From assembly GCA_030390025.1 (NCBI GenBank), contig CM059432.1, positions 46,750,001-46,814,000 of the forward strand: 64,000 bases of DNA, given 5' to 3'. Shown here one piece after another: positions 24,215-36,305 of this stretch. Under the pieces are notes generated by a model. That model saw nothing but the letters and a program-made list of their open reading frames with translations. It searched no databases and was not told the origin of the DNA. Both the position numbers and the translations under genes were made by a program. The DNA comes from Squalus acanthias (Eukaryota). Each line of letters begins with the position of its first letter. The stretch's first letter is position 1.

Positions 24215-25750
24215 GAAAATTAATGGAATCCCTACTAAACGAGAGAATAGAAGAACATCTAGAAACAAAAAGTATAATAATGAATAGTCAGCATGGATTT
24301 CAAAAGGGAAAATCTTGCTTGACCAACCTTATTGAACTTTTTGAAGAGGTAACAGAGAGTATAAAATGGTAATGCAGTAGATGTAATTTATCTAGATTTT
24401 TAAAAGGCCTTAAATAAGGTACCCCATAATAGACTAATGAATAAGGTCAGAGAATGCGGAGTCAGGGGATAAGTAGCACAATGGATTGCTGGCTGGCTTC
24501 AAGACAGAATGCGGAGATGCCGGTGTTGGACTGGGGTGGACAAAATTGAGAGGTCGCATAACACCAGGTTATAGTCCAACAGTTTTATTTGAAATCACAA
24601 GCTTTCTCCGAAAGCTTGTGATTTCAAATAAAACTGTTGGACTATAACCTGGTGTTGTGCGACCTCTCAATTTTGTTCAAGACAGAAAGCAGAGAATGGG
24701 AGTAAAGGGTAGCTATTCACAGTGGCAGAAGGTGGGTAGTGGTGTTCCACAAGGATCAGTGCTGGGAACACTGCTGTTCACAATTTACATTAACGATTTA
24801 GACTTTGGAATCAAAAACACAATTTCTAAATTAGCAGATGATACCAAATTGGGGGGGATAGTCAATACTGAGGAGGACTGCAACAAGTTACAGGAGGACA
24901 TTAATAAACTTGAAGAATGGGCAAATAATTGGCAAATGAAGTTCAGCACAGATAAATGTGAGGTATTACATTTTGATAGGAAGAATAGGGAGATCACTTA
25001 TCACTTGGAGGGTGTGAGTCTAGGTGGGGTAGAGGGTCAAAGGGATCTCGGAGTACAAATACACAAATCACTAAAAGTTGTGACGCAGGTTAACAAGGCC
25101 ATTAAAAATGCAAACCAAGCACGAGGGTTTATTTCTAGAGGGATAGAATTGAAAAGTAGGGAAGTTATGCCAAACCTGTATCAAACCTTGGTTAGACCAC
25201 TTGGAGTACTGCGTGCAGTTCTGGTTGCCATATTATAAAAAGGATATAGAGGCACTGGAGAGGGTGCAGAGAAGATTTACAAGGATGATACCAGAAATGC
25301 GAGGGTATACATATCAGGAAAGGATGAACAGGCTGGGTCTCTTTTCTCTTGAAAAAAGAAGGCTGAGGGGTGACCTAATAGAGGTCTATAAAATTATGAA
25401 AGGTTTTCATAATGTGGATACAGAGAGAATATTTCCACTTGTGGGGAAGAGCATAACTAGAGGCCATCAATATAAGATAGTCACCAAGAAATCCAATAGG
25501 GAATTCAGAAGAAACTTCTTTACCCAAAGAGTGGTGAGAATGTGGAACTCGCTACTACAGGGGGTGGTTGAAGCGAATAATATAGATTCATTTAAGGGGA
25601 GGCTGGACAAACATATGAGGGAGAAGGAAATAGAGGGTTATGCTGATAGATTTAGATGAGGAAAGACGGGAGGAAGCTCAAGTGGAGCATAAACGGTGGC
25701 ATGGACTGGTTGGGCCGAATGGCCTGTTTCTGTGCCGTATATCCTATGTA
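24215..25750 (+). mobile_element. CR1 LINE 3' portion, apparently inserted in an older degraded LINE (~23997-26130)
   Basis: RT and C-terminal ORFs 24657-25659. Flanks carry degraded LINE-like peptides (QGIRNDQRAWADKIADKAE; RWREYF). Confidence 0.8.
24510..24675. mobile_element. Palindromic Penelope-derived insertion (family 2, copy 1)
   Basis: ~65-bp inverted arms; 12-bp TSD TTCAAGACAGAA (24498-24509 / 24676-24687). Confidence 0.8.
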
Positions 25751-27192
25751 ACGATGCACTCCAAAATAACAGAACCAGAGATTAACTTGCAGCATTTAAA
25801 AGACAGAGACATCTAGGTCCTCATATTTCTGTCCCTATCAAAGCCTCAGAGGGATCCTCACTGGCAGATCAGAACGCACAGATGGAGCGATGGAGAGAAT
25901 ACTTCAGCGGCCAAGTTAATTATCCACCTACCCTCCTGAAGTACTGTCCCAGACAACTTCCATGACAGTACTTGACCCAAGCATTTCAGTGCCTGTTCCA
26001 TCACAAGAGGAAGTCGCTAAAGCAATTTTAAGTAGGAAGCAGGGCAAGGCTCCAGGCTGCTGTAATATATCAGTGGAATGTCTTACAGCTTATGGGGATG
26101 CAGTGATTGACTACTTATTCCATCCTCTTTACTCATAGAAACATAGAACAGTACAGCACAGTACAGGCCCTTCGGCCCTCGATGTTGTGCCGAGCATTGT
26201 CCGAGACCAAGATCAAGCTATCACACTCCCTATCACTCTGGTGTGCTCCATGTGCTTATCCAATAACCGCTTGAAAGTTCCTAAAGTGTCCGACTCCACT
26301 ATCACAGCAGGCAGTCCATTCCACACCCCAACCACTCTCTGAGTAAAGAATCTACCTCGGACATCCCTTCTATATCTCCCCCCATGCACCTTATAGTTAT
26401 GCCCCCTTGTAACAGCTGCCTCTACCCGAGGAAATAGTCTCTGAACATCCACTCTATCTATCCCCCTCATCATCTTATAAACCTCTATTAAGTCGCCTCT
26501 CATCCTCCTCCGCTCTAAAGAGAAAAGCCCTAGCTCCCTCAATCTTTCCTCATAAGACCTCCCCCCCAAACCAGGCAGCATCCTGGTAAATCTCCTTTGC
26601 ACTCTTTCCAATGCTTCCACGTCCTTCCTATAGTGAGGTGACCAGAACTGCACACAATATTCCAAATGTGGTCTCACCAAGGTCCTGTACAGTTGCAGCA
26701 TAACCTCACGGTTCTTAAACTCAAACCCTCTGTTAATAAACGCCAACACACCATAGGCCTTCTTTACTGCTCTATCCACTTGAGTGGCAACCTTCAGAGA
26801 TCTGTGGATATGAACCCCCAGATCCCTCTGCTCCTCCACGTTCCTCAGAACCCTGCCGTTGACCCTGTAATCCTTATTCAAATTTGCCCTACCAAAATGA
26901 ATCACCTCGCACTTATCAGGGTTAAATTCCATCTGCCATTTTTCGGCCCAGCTCTGCATCCTATCAATGTCTCTTTGCAGCCTACAACAGCCCTCCACCT
27001 CATCCACTGCTCCACCAATCTTGGTGTCATCAGCAAATTTACTGATCCACCCTTCAGTCCCCTCCTCCAAGTCATTGATAAAAATCACAAACAGCAGAGG
27101 ACCCAGCACCGACCCCTGTGGCACACCGCTGGTAACTGGTCTCCAGTCCGAAAATGTTCCATCCACCACCACCCTCTGCCTTCTATGAGATA

Positions 27193-27391
27193 AAATTGAG
27201 AGGTCGCACAACACCAGGTTATAGTCCAACAGTTTTATTTGAAATCACAAGCTTTCGGAGCTATCGATTTGCTCCTTCCTCAGGTGAAGTAAATTGACTT
27301 CACCTGAGGAAGGAGCAAATCGATAGCTCCGAAAGCTTGTGATTTCAAATAAAACTGTTGGACTATAACCTGGTGTTGTGCGACCTCTCAA
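27193..27391. mobile_element. Palindromic Penelope-derived insertion (family 2, copy 2)
   Basis: ~96-bp perfect inverted arms around a 6-nt spacer; 12-bp TSD TTCTATGAGATA (27181-27192 / 27392-27403). Confidence 0.85.
27300..27342 (+). ncRNA. Minimal hammerhead ribozyme motif (mirror copy on minus strand at 27245-27287)
   Basis: TCAC-CTGAGGA-A-GGAGC(aaatcgata)GCTCC-GAAA-GCT-T-GTGA: core CUGANGA/GAAA, stems I and II, palindromic AGCT stem III. Confidence 0.7.
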
Positions 27392-28775
27392 TTCTATGAG
27401 ATAGCCAGTTACTTATCCAATCGGCCAAATTTCCCTCTATCCCACAACTCCTTACTTTCTTCATGAGCCGACCATGGGGAACCTTATCAAACGCCTTACT
27501 AAAATCCATGTATACGACATCAACTGCTCTACCTTCATCTACACACTTAGTTACCTCCTCAAAGAATTCAATCAAATTTGTTAGGCAAGACTTACCCTTC
27601 ACGAATCCGTGTTGACTTTCCCTGATTAAGTTGCCCCTTTCCAAATGGTCATAAATCCTATCCCTCAGGACCTTTTCCATTATCTTACCAACCACCGAAG
27701 TAAGACTAACTGGCCTATAATTACCAGGGTCATTCCTATTTCCTTTCTTGAAGAGAGGAACAACATTCGCCACTCTCCAGTCCTCTGGCACCATTCCCGT
27801 GGACAGTGAGGACCCAAAGATCAAAGCCAGAGGCTCTGCAATCTCCTCCCTTGCCTCCCAAAGAATCCTAGGATATATTCCATCTGGCCCAGGGGACTTA
27901 TCGACCCTCAGGTTCTTCAAAATTGCTAAAACACCTTCCCTCAGAACATCTACCACCTCCAGCCTATCCACCTTTATCACACTCTCATCCTCAAGAACAT
28001 GGCCCCTCTCCTCGGTGAACACTGACGAAAAGTATTCATTCATCACCTCTCCTATCTCTTCTGACTCCATGCACAAGTTCCCACTACTGTCCTTGACCGG
28101 CCCTACCCTCACCCTGGTCATTCTTTTATTTCTCACATAAGAGTAAAAGGCCTTGGGGTTTTTCTTGATCCGACCCGCCAAGGACTTCTCATGCCCCCTC
28201 CTAGCTCTCCTAAGCTCTTTTTTTAGCTCATTCCTTGCTACCTTGTACCCCTCAATCGACCCAACTGAACCTTGTTTTCTCATCCTTACATACGCTTCCT
28301 TTTTCCTCTTGACTAGACATTCAACCTCATGTATGGGAATTCAAAATTATTCCTAAGGATTGATATCATGGGGTTATCTTGCCAACCTGTAAGGGCAAAG
28401 GAAGCAGAGCTGAGTGCGGTAACTATCAGGGCATCACCCTTCTATCACAGGAAATGCGTTTGTTCATATGCTTCTCAGCAGATTGGGACCTTTATATATA
28501 AGAAAACAAGAGCAAACTGAATTGACCCCTGGCAGATCGACAGTCGAGTAGATAATGACACTCAACCTGCTACTTTGACTAGCGTAATTCAGGTGGAATA
28601 AAATCAGAAATCCATTTGTATCCAGCTTTCTGGCAAATCATTTGTAAACTACTGGCATTTGCACGCATATGGTTGCTTCAATCACTTTTATATTTGGAAA
28701 TACTGAAAGAAAAAAATGTAGATTTTTGTCATGCAACCACAAAATGAGTTGCATGCAAATACAACAGTTAAGTGT

Positions 28776-28947
28776 TAATACAAAAGCAAAATACTGCAGA
28801 TGCTGGAAATCTGAAATAAAAACAGAAAATGCCTTCTCCAGCTTTTTCCAGTTCTGACAAAGGGTCATCGACCTGAAACGTTAACTCTGTTTCTCTCTCC
28901 ACAGATGCTGCCTGACCTGCTGAGTATTTCCAGCATTTTCTGTTTTT
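28776..28947. mobile_element. Penelope-like family 1 fragment with inverted segment
   Basis: 15-bp TSD ACAACAGTTAAGTGT (28761-28775 / 28948-28962); hammerhead core mutated to CTGACAA. Confidence 0.78.
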
Positions 28948-29087
28948 ACAACAGTTAAGTGTGTCAGTCAAGTACAGAGAAAATACTAATTGAGTCATAT
29001 TTTATCCTTTTACACATAGTGTGAATGACAGCAGTTTGACAATTATGATGAGCTACAGTTCATTGAACTAGACTGTACATGGTACAG

Positions 29088-29296
29088 TGCCTCTCTTCCG
29101 CGGCTATGTTCGCGCCCGGGTGGCCCTGGAGATGGAGCACGCGGTGTCCGCCGGCACACTTGAAGCCTTCCGAGACCGGTGGGCGCCGCAGGGACTGGAG
29201 TGCATCGTCTCCCCGGGAAATGTTATTTTAATTTAATGAGATAAGTTTCATTTGAAGTTTTGTTAATTTACAGCAGTTTTATGTTGACTCGAAAGA
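29088..29296 (+). mobile_element. Tx1/L1-clade LINE 3' end
   Basis: LFRGYVRARVALEMEHAVSAGTLEAFRDRWAPQGLECIV resembles the Tx1-type ORF2 C-terminus (recall); 13-bp TSD GTACATGGTACAG. Confidence 0.65.
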
Positions 29297-29333
29297 GTAC
29301 ATGGTACAGGGTACAATTCACAAAAGCTCTTAC

Positions 29334-29443
29334 CGTTTGTCCCAGAGGAAGTTTCACCAGGACATCTATGTCTTTGAAAATGTAGCAGTGGCCAGACTTA
29401 ATGTATCCTACAAAAGAACTGATTTCACCTTCTTTTACTAGAA
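29334..29443 (-). CDS. CNBD1: CNBD1-like coding exon C
   Basis: Acceptor tttactttcAG, donor GTAAGA, 110 nt, phase 1-0, joins exon B in frame. Peptide (V)LVKEGEISSFVGYIKSGHCYIFKDIDVLVKLPLGQT. Confidence 0.85.
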
Positions 29444-29524
29444 CTGAAAGTAAAAATAATAGATAAATATCAGGCAGTTTGGGTGCTTTAAAATCTGTAG
29501 GCAAGGTTATTGTTAAAATACTTT

Positions 29525-30176
29525 GGGCTGGATTTTGATACTGGGGCAGGTTGGGGTCGTGTTATCCACTCTTCGTGTTATCCACCCGACTGCAATTGGA
29601 TGTGGGAGATTGATGCAATTTTCACCTAATTGGGCAATTGAGTTCCAGCATGTGGGAACCCATGAACCAATTAGTGTTTTTAGTCTGAAAGTCGCCTCTG
29701 ATGATGTCATCATTGCTGCTGCAGTGAAGGTCTTCAGAGACTGCCTGGCCTTTGCTGTGAGAGGACCTGAAGGCAAAATGAGCAGCAGCAGCCCTAGGTC
29801 TGCTCCCAGATATTTTTCCTACTACTACTTCTCTGTTGTAATAGTGGACCTGCAGCTGATAGTCAGCTTTCGAAATGTGTTACCGCCAGGTTTCACATTC
29901 GTGGTTCAGAACAGGCGTGCTTCATGTAGAACAAGGGTTAAAATCACAAAGGCCTTTCAAAATGGCATTATAGAGCCAATTTAGTGCTTGTTAAAGGCCT
30001 TAACAGCCTATCCCACTTCTTAAAGGCGGGACGGAGTCGGGACCAGCAGACACGATTTAATGAAAATTGCGTGAAGGCGGGATGGAGGCGGACTTGTGCC
30101 CACCCGCCAGTTTTCGCAATTTTAACCCCCCACACACCTCCAAACCCGCCTCCACGGGTCAATGAAAATCCAGCCC
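29525..30176. mobile_element. Harbinger-type MITE (family H)
   Basis: TIR GGGCTGGATTTT, TSD TTT; inverted relative at 52332-53064. Confidence 0.85.
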
Positions 30177-31228
30177 TTTGTTAGTATTCAATCATATAAC
30201 TCCAGTATCTCTTCTTAACTAGAGTGTGTTTAAATAGTTTGTGTTTAACTTATTTATTTTTCTGCCCCCTCCCCCACCGGGTGGTCCAAGGGGTGGACGG
30301 TTTGTAGAAGCACTATCATTACAGCTACTTCTCCTTTAGTCCCACCTATGGCCCTTCACATTGAGTGCGATTTTCCAACCAGTAATGGTTGAGCTCTTAA
30401 TGAGAGGCATTATTGTCACTGGGCATTCGCCCACAGCATGGAAATTAGGTTGCCCACAGAACCAGAAGCTTTGTCAGCACATTAATGGTTGGGCACTTGC
30501 CAATAATGCACCCCATTTGCACCTAAATGGAGGCCCTTGACAAAAAGTGAGACATTGAAAATCAGAAGAGACATTAAAAAAATTGGTGTTTCAGCAGCAT
30601 ATACTGATCTTATCATAGATTTGATGTTTATTAAATTTCTTCCCATTTTTAATATTTGAAATCCCCTCTAAAGATTATGTATTTAATTGTAATATCTTAT
30701 TACTTTATCTTATTACTTTAACTTATTATATTAAGATTTACAGCTGGAGAGTTTCTAACATTTCATTAAGCTTTTTGCACTTTCTCACGTGATTAGCTCA
30801 TGTTCCATCAGAGAGGAAAAGAGGAGACAGTTTATTTTAGCAAGTTATGGAATTCCAGCCCTTTAGCCATATTTATTCAATAATCTTTGGTTTCTTGTAA
30901 AACAGTCTAAGAAGGTGTTAAATGTTTGTTATTCAGTAGGTACTGTAATCGTCAATATAGATAACTCTGGCTTTTCAAGGTTTTCAAGCAAGACTGTCCA
31001 TTTACAGAGTGTGCACAAGTTCCTAGCCCTGAAATGCTTCAGGGGGTCTGCTGGTCCCCTGCTGTAACTCTGACGGGAGACTGGCGGAACACTCTCCCAG
31101 AAAACATCCAATAACTGGTAGTGCTGAGTCTTGGCAACTTCTGGGAGTTTCCTATTTGCCTTGTAAGGGATGGAACCCCCTTGTTATTCACGCCTTAAAA
31201 GGCAAATGATGGCAGTAACAGAGACGGG

Positions 31229-32962
31229 GGCCGCGAATTTAATGGAAGAGGCGGGATAGCTGGTTTCCGGCTTCCGGTTCCGCTCCCAGCTGCAGCCGCT
31301 CTGTAAACGAGATTTTCCTTTGATTGGCCTTGTTAATCCCGCCCTGCGGGTTTTCCGACCAATTAACAAGAAGCGGGTCTGATGACGTCATTTGATGACG
31401 CGTCATCAGCTAGTTTCCTTAAAGGGACCACGTCCACATGGAGTTTGACAGTTGTTCTGTCAGTGTTCTACAGCATTGAAGTGCTGCAAACACTGACAAG
31501 CACTGCACAAAGGTGGACGCTTGCACCCAGGCTCTCCAATGACTCCCTCCATGTGCTTATGGAGGAAGTCACAGCACGCAGGGAGGTTCTCTTTCCTTCC
31601 AAGGGCGGAAGAGACCTCCCCAGGACAACAACGCAGCCTGGTTGCACATTGCACAGGAGGGCAAAAGCAGGGATGTCGTCAGGGGTCCCTGGCAGCAGTG
31701 GCGCCAACCTTTCAATGATCTCAGTGGATCACAAAATGTTACTGCAAAGCCACACTCAAACTCACCCTGCTGTGCCACTCAACACATCCCCATCACTCTG
31801 CCTTCCATACCCTTCTCCTGCACATCCTTACTCACACCAACTTACCTTGCACCTCCACCTAACCCTCTCTATCTACTTTATCACTTCCCCATCTCACTAG
31901 CCACCCCTCACACTCACCCTCATCCTACTGCAAGCATACCAACTAACAACACACAAGGGTAGGCATTTGAGAGGTTTAGCCAATGTCCATGTGAAGTTTC
32001 TGGTAATGTGTTGTCATACAGTGTAATCTATTTTTCCAAAAGTGCCCCTTATTGGACAGATCTGAGCGCACCTTGAGAAGTGTCTTACTGAGTTCCAGTC
32101 ATTGTTCAGACATAACTATCCCCCACCCCCGCTATAGTGATGTGTGTGCATGGAATGGCTTGGCCATTAAAGGGATGCTTCACGGTGCTGGTGTAGGATG
32201 GTGTCAACCTGGCGCATCATGTAACAGTCAGGGTTTACAGCATCAAGCGAAGAAAATCTGGCCATGGTGATGCCATCGCTGGCCTCCCGGGCAGCAATGT
32301 TGTCAGGAGCGGATGCTCTGAGTCCAGTGCAGCATCAGGTGATGGCGGAGAAGGTTGGTGATGTTGTTGGTGATGTTGGTGTGCCTGGTGATGTTGGTGT
32401 TGGGGCTGATCATGGAATGATTTGGAGGACCAAGGTCTGATTGTTTCAATGGCTCCGATGTTGCTGCAATAGATGGCAGCTGCAGGTGAGATGACAGAAG
32501 CGATCTGTCAATGGTGAGAGAGGTTCTCCCAATGAGGTGGCACTGGACATACAGTTGGATCTAAAAACTTGTAAGCTAAAGAAATCTCTATATGTATTAA
32601 AAATGCAGTAACCAACATTTTCTGCGCTCTGAAACTCACCATCTGCAACATGGCATCCTTTACACCACTTCTGCAGCTGTCAGCTTTTCAGAAACATCAG
32701 AGCAGACTCAAAACAAGCCAGGTTGAGCTGGCATGTTCCCCGAACAGCGGGTAACCCATGGGGAGAACGTAAAATTAGAAGGAAGCCTCAAAATAGTCTT
32801 AAATTGGCTCTTAACAAGCCATTTAACAAGCTGAACTGTATCCCCCAGTTCTCCGCTGACAGACCCGACACCTAGGAGACTCGCGTGGACTGTCAATCTT
32901 TGCTATTTTGACAGCGGACCCGCCTCCAAACCCGCCCTTTGAGTGCTATTAAATTTGCGGCA
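31229..32962 (+). mobile_element. Non-autonomous Harbinger with decayed Myb exon (family E)
   Basis: TIR GGCCGCGAATTTAAT / ATTAAATTTGCGGCA, TSD GGG; APRLSNDSLHVLMEEV..RREVLFP Myb remnant. Confidence 0.8.
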
Positions 32963-33697
32963 GGGGACTCCCTTTGCTGGGAATTCTCGCTTCTTAGGCT
33001 CAGTTGAGAACCGATGTTTCTGTGGTGGACAGTGCGTCTGTGAGGTGAGGTATATCAGCCTCCACAAGCGGCCTGGATCCCCAAAGAGAAGGATTTAGTA
33101 TTAAAATTGTCTTACAGATCAGTCCCTTTATTAAGGGGCCAAGCCTCAGACCCCAGACTGTAGGAAAAATTGTTGTCAGTTTTTCAAAATGAATTAGTGA
33201 CCTGGAGATAAGCTCCAATGATCACTGTGTAGTTAAATTTTATATTGTAATTTTAAGGTTCATGTCAACAATAGTTAATGTCAAAGGTCTTAAACAGCAA
33301 ACTTTGAGGCTATGAGAGAGTAAGAGGGAGGATGAACTGTGAGGCAGCACTCAAAAAAGAGAAATAGAAATTTGTATCAGTGCTTAGGAGAGAAGTAGCT
33401 CCCTGTGAGGAAAGGGAGAACAATAGCAAGATTTGAAGTACAGTGGCTGAATAAGGATGTCAAGATGATGAAATATTTTAAAAGATAAAACTCAACTATG
33501 TCATGAATTCTGTGTTACAAGTTTGGGTTTTGAACTAGATATTTTCTCAGGAACAGTGTGCTAGTCACTCCCATAAGCAATCTGAGTGTCTTGCATTTAG
33601 GATAATTCTGTACTACCCAATATCTATTGATAGTGTAACTCAGGGATATAAAATGATCATTTTATGATCAGCGGCGGGGCTCAGTACCACACCGAAT

Positions 33698-33925
33698 GAG
33701 AGTGGCGGCGAAGGCCCAGGGCAGAGCACAGACCTGAGTGGGAGCCGGCAGCAGCGGAGGCAGCAGCAGCATAAATAGAGCAGCGGAGGCGGCCCAGGAC
33801 AGCGCGCAGACCTGAGTGGGAGCCGGTAGCAGCGGAGGCGGCAGCAGCATAAATAGAGCAGCGGAGGCAGCCCAGGACAGCGCGCAGACCTGAGCGGGAG
33901 CCAGTAGCAGCGGAGGCGGCAGTAT
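33698..33925 (+). repeat. ~3 x 78-bp GC-rich tandem repeat at the CR1 5' end
   Basis: GACCTGAG(T/C)GGGAGCC recurs at 33731, 33809 and 33887. Confidence 0.9.
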
Positions 33926-35918
33926 ATATTTGGCAAAACCACAAAAAAAATAAAGAAGCGATGTCGCAGGACAGCGGGTAGATGATTGGTTGGTGAGTAT
34001 TACCTTTGTCGTTTTCTCTCTAAGTTAAGGCATGGGTTTTAACTAAGAAGTTTAGTTAGTAGTCTAATAAATAGAGGCATGGCAGGGCACCTCAGTCCCA
34101 TCGAATGCACATCCTGTGCCATGTGGGAAGTCCAGGATGCTTCTCATGTCCTGGACAACCACATGTGCAGGATGTGTCATCAGCTGGAGGAGCTCAAGCT
34201 CTGGGTTTTGCTGGCGTCACTGCAGTGCATCCGTGAGGCTGAGAGCTACGTGGATAGCACATTTCAGGAGGTGGTCACCCCGCAGCTTAAGAGTTTGCAG
34301 GCAGATAGGAAATGGGTGACCGCCAGAAAGAAAAGGAGGACCAGGCAGGTAGTGCAGGAGTCCCCTGAGTGCATCTTGCTCTCTAACCGGTGAATACTAG
34401 TGAAGGCGATGGTTCCTCTGGGGAGTGCAGCTGGAGCCAAAACCACGGCACCATGGGTGGCTCAGCTGTACAACGGGGGAGGAGGAAGGTCAATAATGCA
34501 ATTCAATAGTTAGGGGAGCAGACAGGCGTTTCTGTGGCTGAAGACGTGACTCCTGGATGGTATGTTGCCTCCCTGGTGCCAGGGTCAAGGATGTCACTGA
34601 ACAGATGCAAGACATTCTGAAGGGGGAGGGTGAACAGCCAGAGGTTGTGGTCCATATCAATACCAATGACATGGGTTGAAAGAGGGATGCGGTCCTGCAG
34701 GCAGAATTTAGGGAGTTAGGAAAAAGATTAGTAAGCAGTAACTCAAAGGTAGTAATTTCCAGATTACTCCTGGTGCCACGCATGACTGAGTACAGAAATA
34801 GGAGGATAGAGCAGATGAATGTGTGACTGGAGAGATGGTGCAGGAGGGAGGGCTTTAGATTCCTGAGGCATTGGGACTGGTACTGGAGGAGGTGAAACCT
34901 GTACAAGCCGGATGGGTTTCACCTCAACATCCTCGGGGGTGGGGGGGGAGGGGGGCGGGGGGTTGTTAGTGCTGTTGGGGAGGGTTTAAACTAGCTTGGC
35001 AGAGGGATGGGAATCTGAGCGTAGATTTAGTAGGGAGAAAAGCAAAGCTGGAAATGGAAGGCAGTAAATTAGTAAGTGAGTTTGGAAGGCAAAGGAAGCA
35101 AAGGCTAGAAAATAGACAACAAAGGAGTTTGGCAGTGCTTAATGGTATATACTTCAATGCAAGGAGTCTAATGAACAAGGCAGATAAGCTGAAGACACAG
35201 ATAGACACCTGGAAGTATGATATCATAGCTATTACTGAAACATGGCTTAAAGAAAGGCAGGAATGGCAGCTCAACATTCCTGGTTATAGGATTTTCAGAC
35301 GAGATAGAGAAGAGGATAAAAAGGGAGGGGGGGGTCACAATATTGGTTAAGGAAACAAGTACAGCTGTGGGGAGGGATGATATGTTAGAAGGATCATCAA
35401 ATTAGGCCATATGGGTTGAACTGAAGAACAAAAAAGGGGCAATCACAATGCTGGGAGTGTACTATAGACCCCCTAACAGTCAGAGATAGAGAGCAAATGT
35501 GTAGGCAAATTTCTGAGAAGTGCAAAAACAATAGGGCAGTAATAGTAGGGGATGTCAACTACCCTAAAATTAACTGGGATGGACTTAGTGTAAAAGGAAT
35601 AGAGGGCGCAAAATTCTTACAATGCATTCAGGAGAACTTTTTTAGCCAGTCCGTAACAAGCCCAACAAGAAAGAGGGCAGTTCTGGACTTAGTTTTAGGG
35701 AATGAAGCTGGGCAGGTGGAAGGGGTATCAGTAGGAGAGCATTTTGGTGGTAGTGATCATAATTCAGTTAGATTTAGCATAGTTATGGAAAAGGACAAAG
35801 ATAGATCAGATGTAAAAGGTCTCGATTGGGGCCAATTTTACTAAGCTGAGATGTGATTTAGCAAAAGTGGACTGGAAATAGCTACTTGAAGGTAAATCAG
35901 TGTCAGAGCAGTGGGAAG

Positions 35919-36305
35919 TATTTTTCTTTTTATTCGTTCATGGGATGTGGGCATTGCTGACATTTATTGCCCATCCCTAATTGCCCTTGAGAAGGTGGTG
36001 GAGAGCCGCTTTCTTGAACCACAGAGGGCAGCTAAGAGTCAACTACATTGCTGTGGGTCTGGAGTCACATATAGGCCAGACCAGGTAAGGACAGCAGATT
36101 TCCTTCCCTAAAGGATATTAGTGAACCAGATGGGTTTTTATGACAATCCAGTAGTTTCATGGTCAGCATTACTGATACTAGCTTTTTATTCCAGATTTAT
36201 TTAATTAACTGAATTCAAATTCCAGAGCTGCCATGGTAGGATTTGAACCCGTATCTTTGGATTACTAGTCCAGTAACATAACCACTATGTTACCATACCC
36301 CATGC
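35919..36305 (-). mobile_element. tRNA-derived SINE, Deu-domain (SacSINE1/AmnSINE1-like)
   Basis: A box TAACATAGTGG, B box GGTTCAAATCC, body CCTTACCTGGTCTGGCCTATATGTGACTCCAG, LINE-like tail and A-rich end. Family assignment is from recall. Confidence 0.7.

Larger units (their letters stand above)
26134..28330 (-). mobile_element. Young 5'-truncated CR1 LINE
   Basis: ORFs 27363-28283 and 26213-27229 join into one ~620-codon frame once the palindrome and one TSD (211 nt) are removed; tail (TTCTATGT)n. Confidence 0.92.

Noticed and set aside
33640..33944. Cys-rich and Ala-rich repetitive ORFs
   Set aside because: Antisense translations of the 78-bp tandem repeat. The units have no unique spacers, so it is not a CRISPR array either.
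36240..36300. tRNA gene
   Set aside because: A and B boxes are present, but it continues into a SINE body and tail with no clear cloverleaf.
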